A stretch of DNA of 64,000 bases from Eledone cirrhosa. Taxonomy: Eukaryota. Below the pieces are notes generated by a model that saw only the letters and a list, made by a program, of their open reading frames with translations, was not told the origin of the DNA and ran no database searches. Below, in pieces: positions 48,928 through 60,300 of this stretch. The position numbers and the translations under genes were made by a program. The stretch is taken from assembly GCA_964016885.1 (NCBI GenBank), contig OZ024740.1, positions 250,852,001 through 250,916,000 on the forward strand. The letters are read 5' to 3'. Numbering within the stretch: the first letter of the stretch is position 1; each line of letters opens with the position of its first letter.

Positions 48928-49305
48928 TGTGAGAATGGTAACGTAGTAGTAATTGGTGAACAACATTGACGGATGACAGGTTACGTTTAAATGATTCCAA
49001 CCAATGGCTGAATGTAAGTGGACAGAAAGATGGCGGTGACAACGGGACTACTGAACCAATGAAAAGGCCGAAATAACAGGATGCTATTATGTATTACGGA
49101 TAAAGAACAGCTGAGATGTTTGAACATACGAGACATATATTAAAACCCTTCGAATGCAGAGTCGGGTTCGATCTCTAACAGTTCCTGCGTCGAGCTGATC
49201 GACGGAGAAACATATGTAATATGTTAATAAATTGTGGTTTGATTCTTCTTCTTTTCGTATTTTCGAAGCATGTGGTTATATGACAGTTTCCCATTTCTTT
49301 ACACA
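48928..49305 (+). mobile_element. Candidate solo LTR
   Basis: TGT...ACA ends with imperfect terminal inverted repeats; flanks GTGC/GTCC; internally two CCAAT boxes, TATATTAAAA and AATAAA in LTR order. Confidence 0.45.
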
Positions 49306-49399
49306 GTCCTTTGAATTATTATAAAATTCTTACGATGAAATAAAGTACCAGTAATGTACTGCGTAATTGCTGGCCTTGTGCCAAAAGTAGAAACAATTA

Positions 49400-51380
49400 T
49401 TATTAAATTCTGCGAGATCTTTTAAGCTGCACTGGTTGGGTAGTAAAGGGCAAACAAGGCAGTGCTGCATCGTATGGTCCTCTTCTCCGCATTCGCAGAT
49501 GGTTGGGCCGGTCTTGTAGCCCCATCTGGCCATAGCAGCTTTTCATCACCCCATTCCTGTTCTCAGGCGGTTGAGTGTCTTCCATTGGACCCATGGTGCT
49601 TCTGAGCCAGGAGGGAGGGCTTCAGAAGGGGGGTTCCCATGTCAATAGGAGGGGAGTCATTCTCTAGCTTTCTAGTCCATAGCTGTTGTCGGGTTTCTTC
49701 CTGAGATGTTGTTAGGGGCTGGACATGGCTGAGGAAGCTTCTCCTTGACTTCAGTCGTTGGGCCGGAGGTTCACGTCCGTGTAGGATAGCCTTTGTGATC
49801 TCTACTCGGCTGGCAGCTTCCCGTCTCACATCTGCAGGGGCAATGCCACCGAGGAGATGCAGGTTGTTCGGGTTAGTAGGCTTCAGGCAACCAGTGATCA
49901 AACGGCAGGTGTTGTTCAATGCTGGGTCTAGTTTACTGGCATGGGTTGATCTCTCCCAAACAGGACACGCGTACTCCGCAGAGGAATAGCACAGGGCCAA
50001 GGCAGTACATCTTAGTGTGTGTGCTGTGGTTCCCCATTTGGAGTTGGTCAGTTTCCGTAGGATGTTGTTCCGGAAGCTGACTTTCAATTTGGTGTTTTTG
50101 ATGTGTTCCTTGAAAGAGAGGGTGCAGTCCAGGGTTACGCCAAGGTAGACATGATTGGTGCAGTTCTCAAGTGGTGTTCCTCACCATGTGAAGTTAAGAG
50201 GTCGGTTGGCTTCCTGGTTCCTGAGATGGATCGAGCAGGCTTGAATCTTCGCAGGGTTTGCGTGCAGGTGGTTGCTCTCATAGTAGGGGATAAGCTCATC
50301 CAAGGCTGAGTTGAGGTTTGCTTCTACTGCTTCGAACGTACTCTCAGAAGTCGTCAGCGTAGATGAACCGCTCAGTGTTATGGTCCATTGGCTGGTCATT
50401 GGTGTAGATGTTATATAGTAGTGGAGCCATCACACTACCTTGAGCAAGCCGTTCCTTTGTCGTCGCCAACGACTTTGCTTGTTGTTAAGGGTAAAATAGA
50501 AGCGCCTGTATTTCAAGAGGGCTCCAATGAGGTCTGTGAGTGCCAGGTCTTTTGACAGCTCCAAGATCTTTTTCAGGAGGAGGCTGAGGTTCATAGTGTC
50601 ATATGCGGCCGACAGATCAACAAAGACGGCTCCTGTTACCAGTCCTTTCTGAACCCCATCTTCAATGTGCTGAGTGAGATTCAGGAGTTGGCTTGTTGTG
50701 GATTTGCCAGGTCGGAATCCAGCTTGTTGGGGGTGATGGCCGGTTCAACAACTTGGGCCAACCTGCTGAGGATCAGGCGCTCAAACAGCTTAAACGGGTG
50801 GCATAGCAGAGAGATTGGGCGGAAACTCTTTGCATGCGCTGGATCTTTACCCGGTTTGAGAAGAGCAATAATGTTTCTTTTCAGCATGCAGTTGTTCATC
50901 AGCTCAAGGATCCATTTCCGTGTCAGAGGTCCAAAATGCTTGATCTCCTCTGTGAAAATATTATCTAGGCCAATGGCTTTACCAGTCTTAAGGGCATTGA
51001 TGCTGAAATTGAGCTCTTCAATCGAGAACGGCTTAGTCAGTCCATGGTTTGGGAGTACTGAAGTCGGTCTACCTTTGGTCTTGGCTGTTTGGTGGTGGAT
51101 TTCCCATTGAGCAACAGCTGATATGCAACTGGGTTGGCGGTGATGGTGTACTGCTTTGAGCATCGAGTCCAGGAATGTATTGAGTGTGGCAGCCTCTTGG
51201 GATGTTCTTCCGAGCTAATTGGTGCACAAACTTGGTGAAGTTATCGTAGTTTTGGGGGTCCACTGGGAGGTGGGCAATCTTCCTTTCAAGATCTTCTTGG
51301 AAGCCAGGCCAGTTCGCTTTCCCAAAGTTGAATCTTCTTCGGAATGGACCTGTGACTGGGGTGATTACAGCATTGACCGC
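49400..51380 (-). mobile_element. Ingi/Vingi-like LINE (RT and C-terminus), degraded
   Basis: FNFGKANW, KAIGLDNI, FRPISLLC, FVDLSAAYD, QGSVMAPLLYNIY, RNNILRKLTNSKWG...LALCYSSAEYACPVW, CECG...QHCLVC. Confidence 0.8.
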
Positions 51381-51456
51381 CTCTCCTTTGTTCTGTCCTA
51401 CGCCATGGCGTAGGACAGAACAAAGGAAAGGCACAAAACAAAGAAAAGAATCCCCA

Positions 51457-51499
51457 GTCACTGAAGAGGTTGCAGAATGTATGACGAAAGAACTTTGAC
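51457..51499 (+). ncRNA. Minimal type I hammerhead motif, same family as 18225-18266
   Basis: gtca-CTGAAGA-ggttgcagaatgtatgac-GAAA-gaac-T-T-tgac; downstream 51657-51730 is homologous to the reverse complement of about 17937-18008. Confidence 0.68.
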
Positions 51500-52940
51500 A
51501 ATATATGAACAACCGTCCGGTTGTGGAACCAACCAACCGGAAATATATAAATTAAAAAAAAAAAAAAGTTTAAGAAAATTTTCTTTTTGAAAAAAATTTT
51601 TAATTTATAGTAAATTGGAGTGAAAGCAACTGGTGCGTGTGTTTCTTATTGGCAGCATGACCCTCCCAAAGTATAACAATATCGGTTTCAACACACGTTT
51701 TCAGATAAGGAATCTTGCTAAACAAATTCAGAAACGAAATATATATATATACGTAGCGGTTCTTGCACGTGACTACTGGACCCGGATGAAACGAAGACGA
51801 AGAATTTCCTTGCGTACCGTTTTGTACCACAGATGCGATCTCACCCTGCTTCGTTAATGTCCTATCGACACCAAAGTTCAACGTTCGGGCGAATAGATTT
51901 GAATCCAACCACCAACAACATAGCTGGATGACCGATAATCACACCAAACCGGAGTACTGTGATCCTTGTGATTTCCAAATATACAACCACTGACACTGTT
52001 ACAAAGACCAGAAAACCACACTCCATATATTGAACCAATTGATTGATTTGTGCGACCAAAATAACACCAAACACATATTGAACTAGGAATATTGGATCCT
52101 CAGTCAATGTCCGGGTGAGCAAAAATTGATTTCTATCTGCATTGGAATTTACAAACTTGTGCATCTGCTGTGGTGTCAGAAACAAACGCACATGACCGCA
52201 CAAATAAACAATGGACCATGCCACGTGGCTTGAACCCGTAAGTGAATTGAAGGTTCTGCAACTCTGATACACATATTATTTATTATTTATTATTAAGATG
52301 TATAAACTGGACATAACTATTATCATCTTATATTCTCTCAACTAATCACACTTGATCATATTTCTCTATCCTGTTTTCTCCCCCCATAATTATTATATTT
52401 TTATTATTATTTGAAAAAATCGGTTTTTTTTTTTTACATTGTGTTTTCCCCTCCAAATATTCGCTTATATTTCTTTATATATTCTCTATATATATTTTTT
52501 TATCTTTATTATTTCCACTTTTATCCTCCTTTATATTTTACCTTATTCTTACTTTTATACCTTATTATAGTGTAATCTTCCCCATGCCTTATTATACACT
52601 ATTAATTATAGATTATTATTATTACTCTTTTTCCATCTCTAATTACCTCATGTACCTTCTCCTCCGCTATATATATATATGTATTCTACGCCCCTTGTGT
52701 TTGTGTAGCCTCTGCGCACCCTCTGCACCATACTATCGACGCCACCCCATCTATGGTTCAGCTAACCACCCGACTCCCAGGAATGAATATGACCGCAGCT
52801 AGTAAGCAAGGACCCACACCCCACCCTCCCGCACCAAAATTAGACTTATCGTCCCCTACTTTTGCTCTTTACTCTCTTTACTCTTTGTTCTTGAGTGTTT
52901 GGTTGGTAGAGTCCATAACACCAATCAAACCCATTTTATA

Positions 52941-52987
52941 GCTCTGAAGAATCCTACGGTTACACGTAAGGAAGAAACATTGTTAGC
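52941..52987 (+). ncRNA. Minimal type I hammerhead motif
   Basis: gct-CTGAAGA-a-tcct.acg/gttaca/cgt.agga-a-GAA-ac/att/gt-T-agc, then AATAAA. Confidence 0.65.
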
Positions 52988-53129
52988 CAATAAAAATCTT
53001 TTGATGTTGTAGACGCTCTTGTGTTCTTTTTCATATATACGGCTCTGCTCCAAAGCATAGAGCTAATTATTATGCTGCCAATACCTTAATGGGACACGGG
53101 TATATAATACCTAACTCCTATTAACCTAA

Positions 53130-53167
<38 letters not shown>

Positions 53168-53265
53168 TTAGAAATTATAAGCTTTCACCGTATTTTAGAC
53201 TAAAGAAATTTCTAGCCTGATAGTGGGGTTTATAACCATCGGAGAAATGGAAAAAGATGAGTGTT

Positions 53266-53336
53266 ACCGTACATGGGAGTCGAACCCACATCTTTGGTTA
53301 TCCAGACCACTGTGCTACCATTACACCAATACACAT
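53266..53336 (-). other. tRNA-like sequence (probable SINE head or pseudo-tRNA) inside inverted repeats 53161-53218 / 53476-53535
   Basis: A box TGGTGTAATGG, D stem GTGT/GCAC, anticodon arm TGGT-CTGGATA-ACCA, T arm GTGGG-TTCGACT-CCCAT; weak acceptor stem. Confidence 0.65.
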
Positions 53337-53799
53337 CCCGTCTCCTTCCATTCGAATTAGAAGCTATGAACTTAGCAAGTGAATGATAAACAATCAAATT
53401 ATAAACGTAAACATGTAAGTATGTTTTTGAAACGGTGCGCGAGTTTGAAATTAGAAATTAGAAATTAGAAATTAGAGGCTAGAAATTTCTTTAGTCTAAA
53501 ATACGGTGAAAGCTTATAATTTTTAATTTCTAATTTATATATATATATGTATGTTTGTATGAATGTATGTATGTATGTATGTATGTATGTATGTATGTAT
53601 GTATGTATGTATATATCGAACTGTCCACTTCGTTTGTCTACCAACATATCATGAAAAAAGTATACATTTTCTATGTATATTGTCTGAGGAGTACATGTTT
53701 AGTTTTATGATATACATAAAACTTTGCTTCTTCGAAATATATATAATGAAATAAATAGAGATGATATAAAATGTATATCTTTCGTTTTCGAGAGAGATT

Positions 53800-56700
53800 T
53801 CCTCAAGACGTGGCAACACAACGTGAAACCCACATCGAGACTTTTAAAGGGGTTCCCGAAAGAGACAGCCACCAACCATGGAGGTCGAACCAGATCTTCG
53901 CATCTGTTAGCAGGCCGGGAATGGGAGGTGGGGTAGCAGTGTTGTTTAGGAAAGGTCTGGATCTCGAGGTATGGTCGTTCTTCCGGGACCCGCACGGTAA
54001 GTTTGTGGTCCTGGATATGAGCAGTAGCGAAAGTGGTGCCTTTAGACTGCTGCCCGTCTACGCCCCTACTGGGGTCGGACAACCGTACTTCTTTAGGTGC
54101 CTAGAAACCTCTCTGGGTGCGTCTCGCCCGCTACTGTTGGCGCGGGACTGGAACGGCATCTTAGACGCACGCTGGGATTGTGTAGGAGTAGCTGATAGGA
54201 GCGCGGGAGGGGGGGGGGCAAAAGCCTCAAACACCTAATCAGCCAGTTCCAACTGTTTGACAGGTATCGACTAGATTTCCCCAAATGCGCCAGTGTGGAC
54301 GTGGACCAACCGCATAGGGTCATCTAGATCGTATATAGACAGGATCTTCATTAGGAAAATAGATAGAAATAGTTTAGGCTGCCCAATTTTTAAAACGGTC
54401 GCCTATTCAGATTACAACTTTGTGATCTGTATAGTCGATCTAGGTAAAACACGTAGGTTGGGATCTGGTTACTGGAAGCTGAACATGTCATTTCCGGCAG
54501 GTAAGGCTTACAGGGACTGAGTCAACACTTTCTTTAGCAAAAGTTGACATCAACAACAGATGGTCGTGGGCTCTCAAAAGAGAAATTAGAGTAACTTCGA
54601 TAGAGTTCAGCAAAGAACTAGCGTTAGAGAAAAATAGAAAGGAGGCGGAGCTGGTAGATAAGTTAGACGAGGCTATTTGTAGTGGCATTGCAACTGACGT
54701 GCTAGCGGCGAGAATGGCATTAGACCATTTCTTCAATGCGAAACACGAAGGTTGCATTGTCAGAGCTAAGGCGCGTGCGCTGAGAAACGAGGCAACCAAA
54801 GCTGTTCGATGGGCCCGCGTGGCGGAGGCACAGCGTGGTAATAAATCCACAATTCGGGCTTTGGTGGACCGAGACGGACACGAGATAAGCGATTCCAAGC
54901 GGATGTGTGAGGCCTTTCGCCAGCACTTCGATTGTTCGGGGAGTGTGGCGAGTCATAGAGAGTAGTAGATTTCAGTCCCTACATTGACGGCTTGCCACGC
55001 ATCTCGACGGTCGACGCTGAGCGCTGCGAAAGGCCGATTACTTCAGCCGAAATTCAGGACGCTCTTGTCGGCTGCATGAGGCGCAAGTCACCCGGTTTGG
55101 ATGGCCTGCCCTATGAGCTTTACGTAAATGTGCCAGACTTGTTCTCCGATTTCCTCGAAGCGCTGTATTGCAACTGGCAGCAGAACGGGGGTATTCCCAG
55201 TTCTGTGAGCCGGGGAGTGGTGACGCTGATAAGGAAAGACGAGAACAAGAGGGATACATTAGACAATTTCAGGCCCATAACTCTGCTCAACACAGAGTCT
55301 AATATTTTGGCGTGGGTGTTAGCGAAGAGGTTGGCGTTTGTCGTCGAGGATTTGGTTGGGAAGGCGCAAACTTGCGCAGTCCCAGTCAGATCCATACCCG
55401 ACAATCTCCACCTCATGCGATACATCATAGAGAGGGTAGGGTGTAAACCTGGCTTCGGTGGGGCACTGATCAATTTAGATTCGATAGGGTCGACCCTCGG
55501 TACCTGGAGGCTGTCCTCAAAGCAGCTGGCTTCGGCCCTGTCTTCAGAAGCTGGATCGCTGCAATGCACAGTGGCACATGCTCGGTGGTCAAGGTTAATG
55601 ACCACCTCTCGGTGGGTTTGGTTCGGGCCAGACCTCCAGGTGAATAAGAATTGGGACGAGGTAATGAGCCGGGTAGCCATTCTCACCCAAAAATGGGCTG
55701 GAAGGAAGCTATCACTGAAAGGTCACGCGGAGGTGGCGAATGCGTACATCGCGTCCGTCATCTACTACCGCCCGACCATCGTGCCTTGCCCCCGTCTGCG
55801 CCTCGTAAAGTTGGAACGGCTCCTCCTCAAATTCTTGTGGAGAGGACAATTTCCGTTGGTGAGGCGGTTCATCTGCTGCCAGCACCCTCTACGCGGAGGG
55901 ATGGGCAGGCCGTGCCTAATGATGCGCAGACATGCGCTGAGGCTGCAACATCTCCAGATATTCTGCCTAAACGGTGAACAGGTGTGGTCGCCGTTTATCA
56001 GACGGGCCCTTCCGCAGCTCGTTTCTTTGACTGAGCTGCAGTCCTAGGTCAAGAAGAGACCGGCAGCTGGAATGTTGCCAGGCACTCACTGCCCTCTACC
56101 AAGCGGGCAATGGGATCAGTGAAACTTCCACTCTCGAGTTCTATAGAGGATTAGTGGTGGGCAAGTGCGATGTCGGACTCGGAGAGACTTTGGGCCTTGA
56201 CGAAGTCGAACTAACCAGTTTGTTCTGGAGGACTTTCGAGCCGGGGACGATGGACAAATTCCAGAAATCCCTCGCTTGACAGTGCTACCCGGAGCACTGC
56301 CGGTTCGGGATAAACTCTACAGGCACAGAAGTGCTGTCAGACGGACCTGCCCAAGATGCGCACAGAGCGACGAAACCGTTCTGCACGCACTTGCTCAATG
56401 TCCGCGTATTACTGGCTTGTGGAGTTATGTCGAACAGCTACTGTCGCGTGTAGAACGGATCTGGCTATCGGCCGAGTCCATAGTGAAGATCGACCCGCCG
56501 CCTTCCTTAGGTCAAGAAGAGCAGGCAATTTTCCTCTGTCTGGTGGCAGTTGCGAAAGAGGTTATATGGTGGACCAGATTGAAAGGACTGAAGACAGATA
56601 CTTTTCTCTTCGGCCAATCCCTCATCTACTTTTTCAAGTTTCACCTGGAGAGAGAAGTGCCCCCCCCCCCCCAGTACATTTGCTAAAAGGTGGATGAATG

Positions 56701-57024
56701 TGGCGAGAATGGCCCGTGTGAATGGGCCTACTCTGACCATGCGCCTATAGGCTACCTAATTTGAGGAGAGGGATGCTCTCCCTGGGTGCCCTAGAAGCGC
56801 AGGGTGGTTCAGGATTGGTGGGGTACCTGAGTCACCCCTGGGTCGCCCACCCACTATAGGGGAATTTATTTTGTTATACTTATACATAGTTTATTTTATA
56901 TTTGTATATCTTCAGTGTTAAATTAGTGTTGCCATTGTGCACTTTACTCGACCTTATTGTAAACACCCACTGTCCCTGTCTTTGTATTGTACCCTACATT
57001 GGCTCTTGTGGCCAATAAATGAAA

Positions 57025-57027
<3 letters not shown>
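53800..57027 (+). mobile_element. Tx1 copy F (subfamily of copy C), ORF2 only, RT core deleted
   Basis: APE fragments; KSPGLDGLPYE, FRPITLLN; jump over the QG/YADD region near 55610; zinc finger CPRC; ends AATAAATGAAATCA then (TTA)n. Confidence 0.88.

Positions 57028-57080
<53 letters not shown>
57028..57080. repeat. (TTA)n microsatellite
   Basis: Direct reading. Confidence 0.97.
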
Positions 57081-57342
57081 GTTCTTTGAGTCTCAGTCAT
57101 TGATGTTAGTTAACTGGAAAGTTTGTTGAAATGAATATCAAGCCACTACCTGCAACCTCAGATATTCAGGACGTATCGGAGGGTTCTTGCTGTTCCCAGC
57201 AAGCATGCGTTTTGAAGAGTTCCAAAAAGCGGGGCGGGGCCAATTTTCGTTAACCATCCCTGGAAACTTTTTGAGATAGTACCTAGTGCGCCTATGAAAA
57301 TCGGGACCACTTTGACATCACGGCAGTTCCAAATCCTTTACC
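57081..57342 (-). mobile_element. 5'-truncated R4/Dong-type 3' end, with (TAA)n on both sides
   Basis: Manual translation: RIWNCRDVKVVPIFIGALGTISKSFQGWLTKIGPAPLFGTLQNACLLGTARTLRYVLNI*. Confidence 0.85.
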
Positions 57343-57356
57343 TATTATTATTATTG

Positions 57357-60300
57357 GCGACCTACCTAGTAAATCGTATCATCGTGAGCTCCGCAAAGGT
57401 TTATTTTCAGTTGTTTAAAATTGCCATTCATGGAAAATTTTTATTGTTAACTGTATGTTTATTGTTAACTGTGCTATACATTGTTATCTGAAAAGGACAC
57501 CCAAAAAGATTGGGGCCTTGAGCCCAAAATTTAAACATTTATAATTGTCAAACAAAGATTTTTCTTTGTAAAATCATGGCTGACTCAGAGTCACTCCTTT
57601 CTCACAAACTAAAACCTCACACCGACACCACCATTGTAAATATTACTAAATATATAAGCAGTAGCAATATTTTAAATTTGTCTCAGGCAGACATTCATTT
57701 CCCGCCATTACCAATGACTGCAGGTGTTAAAGCCGCCACCACCACCACCGCGACAACCACCACCCCCACCACCACCACCGCGACAACAGAAACAAAAGAA
57801 TAAAATAAATTAACTCGTGATATCGAAATGAATTCAACCAAATGAACTCTTCCACACCGAACACCACTGACGCCACCACCACCACAACTGAAACTATAAT
57901 TAATAATAACGAAAATAACGATAACAACAACAGCAACAATGACATTAAGAAAACCACCCTGAGCTTTGCCAGAGTAGCAAAACAGTAACTCAGGAGGAAT
58001 TAGAAGCCAAAAAAATGGTAAAGAAAGATGGGTACAGGGTCAGCCTCACCACCCCCACCTAATAAAATGGAGCATCGGCGCCTATGCACCGTGTCTATCG
58101 AACAATTAATATAAAATCGCGCCGAGTGGAACGGGCATCCGAGTCCCAAATACAAAAAGCTTTGGGACATGTGTGGGCAAAAAACCCCCACATCAGACGT
58201 GGGCAGAAATATGTAACCGTGGACGTGTTCTTTGAAACACCACAGGAGGCTAGAGAACACTCCATGGCCCCATTAAGAAGTGACGACTTCACACTCGTCC
58301 CAAGCTATTGTGGCCAGAGACTCGTAAAGATCAGGGTGACCCACGTTCCACCGGCCATCGAAATTCCCTGGCTAATAGCTGCCGTCCTCGCCGGCATCGA
58401 AGCCAACACCAAGATAATCGAAATAGCAAAAGAAAAGCAGGAGAACTGGTCCGGATCTGGGATGGAGCTCCTGATCCGAGCGGACCAAAATAGCATTGAG
58501 GAGATCCCAGAGGTAATAGACTTCACTGACGGCAGCCACCTCACCGTAATTGTCGAAGGCAGAAGGCCTAGGTGTGTCGTTTGTGGTGAACGAACCCACC
58601 TAAGGGCTTTCTGCCCTCAGGCTAAAAGGTTGAGGCCACCTCTCCTACAGCAGAGATGGCAGCAACAACTGTAGCAGCAACAACAGAAGCAACTGTAACA
58701 GCAACAACCCGAGCAACAGTAGCAAAACCAACACCACCACCACCCAACGCGCCAGAACTAGCACCAGCGCCTACACCATCCACCACGCCACAACCAAAAC
58801 CAACGCCTGTGGAGGATTTTCCACTCCCCAGCCAATCACAACTGGAGACAGATTGTGACGACGAGGAGTGGGAAACGGTATCAGGAAAAAAGAAAAAAAG
58901 AAACCAAAAAAGAAAAAAATTCTCTTCCTTCCCCCTCCAAAAACAAAATACAGAAGGAAACAAATAAACTTTCAAACAAAAAAGTTAGGACAGATATGCC
59001 ACCATCCACACCAGCATCACCAACCCCATCACCCCAAACACCAACACCATCACCATCATTAACCCAAACACCACCCTCACCTACACCACAGAAGTCACCA
59101 AAAAGCGAAACAGAAACAAACCCACAACAGACGCAAAGAAAACAAAACAACCAAAACGATACACACTACACAACATTAAATTTGAATTGGCATTATCGGT
59201 AGAGGGTCAGACGCCATGTTTTCCAGCATAGTTACGTCCCTTTACGATCTGAGTTCAAATCCCGCTGAGGTTGACTTTGCCTTTCATCCTTACGGGGTCG
59301 ATAAAATAAAAGTACCAGTAATGCACTGGTTATTGCTGGCCTTGTGCCTAAAGTAGAAATAATCATAATTGAACAACAACCAATTATTACACTACATCCA
59401 ACACAACACCAGCATCACAGAAAAAGACTACACAACAACCCAAAAGTTCACACCACCTCCACATACACAAATCACTCGCATCACACAGAAAACGTACACG
59501 ACACTAAAGCAAAAACTCCCCAAAGACATCGGAGACCTCCGACAAACACTCTCCAGGAGGATTTATACGGACATCCATCCGGAGGAGGCCACAAGCAGTG
59601 GCCACCTGCTCAACGACCTCAGGTCACTAAACATAGATGTAGTGGCCATCAGCGAGACCAGAATCTCCGAAGCACGGGCCTTCACACCGATTTTCGGCGG
59701 CTACGATGTGTACGCATCTCCCAGCCGTCCTGGATCGGGGGGAGGAGTTGCTGTGCTTTTTCGGAGAGGTTTGGATCTCGTCATACGGGCCTTCTTCCTG
59801 GACCGAGAAGGTAAGTTGGTGGTCCTGGACGTGACCAACGGAGACGGGCAAGCTTTCAGGCAAGTGGCCGTCTATGCCCTGACAGGAGCAGGGCGGCCTG
59901 ATTTCTTCCGACGTCTGGAGACTTTTCTTGGAACGTCCCGCTCTTTGGTGTTAGTGGGCGACTGGAACGGGATCTTAGATGCACGCTGGGACTGTGTGGG
60001 ATCAGCGGATAGGGGATGAGGGTGCAAGAGCCTCACCATCCTGCTCAGGCGTTTTGAACTGTCTGACAGGTACCGATTGGATTTCCCGAATGTGCCAATG
60101 TGGAGTTGGACAAATCGCATAGGGTCATCCAGATCATATCTAGATAGAGTATTTTGTAGGGAAATAGATAGGTCTAGCATAGGCTGTCCACAATTCAAGA
60201 TAGTCAGCTACACGGACCACAAATTCGTGATCTGTGTGCTTGACTTAGATAGGCTTCATAGACAGGGACCCAGCTACTGGAAGCTAAACGCGTCCTTACC

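Noticed and set aside
42026-48932. Many short ORFs rich in YI, CV, HT or LS repeats
   Set aside because: They are translations of (TA)n, (TG)n, (CA)n and (CT)n microsatellites.
51862-52272. Possible decayed coding region between two hammerheads
   Set aside because: No recognisable motif in the frames I translated; a profile search is needed.
53266-53336. Functional tRNA-Ser(GGA) gene
   Set aside because: Poor acceptor stem, no long variable arm, and embedded in a repeat; treated as tRNA-derived.
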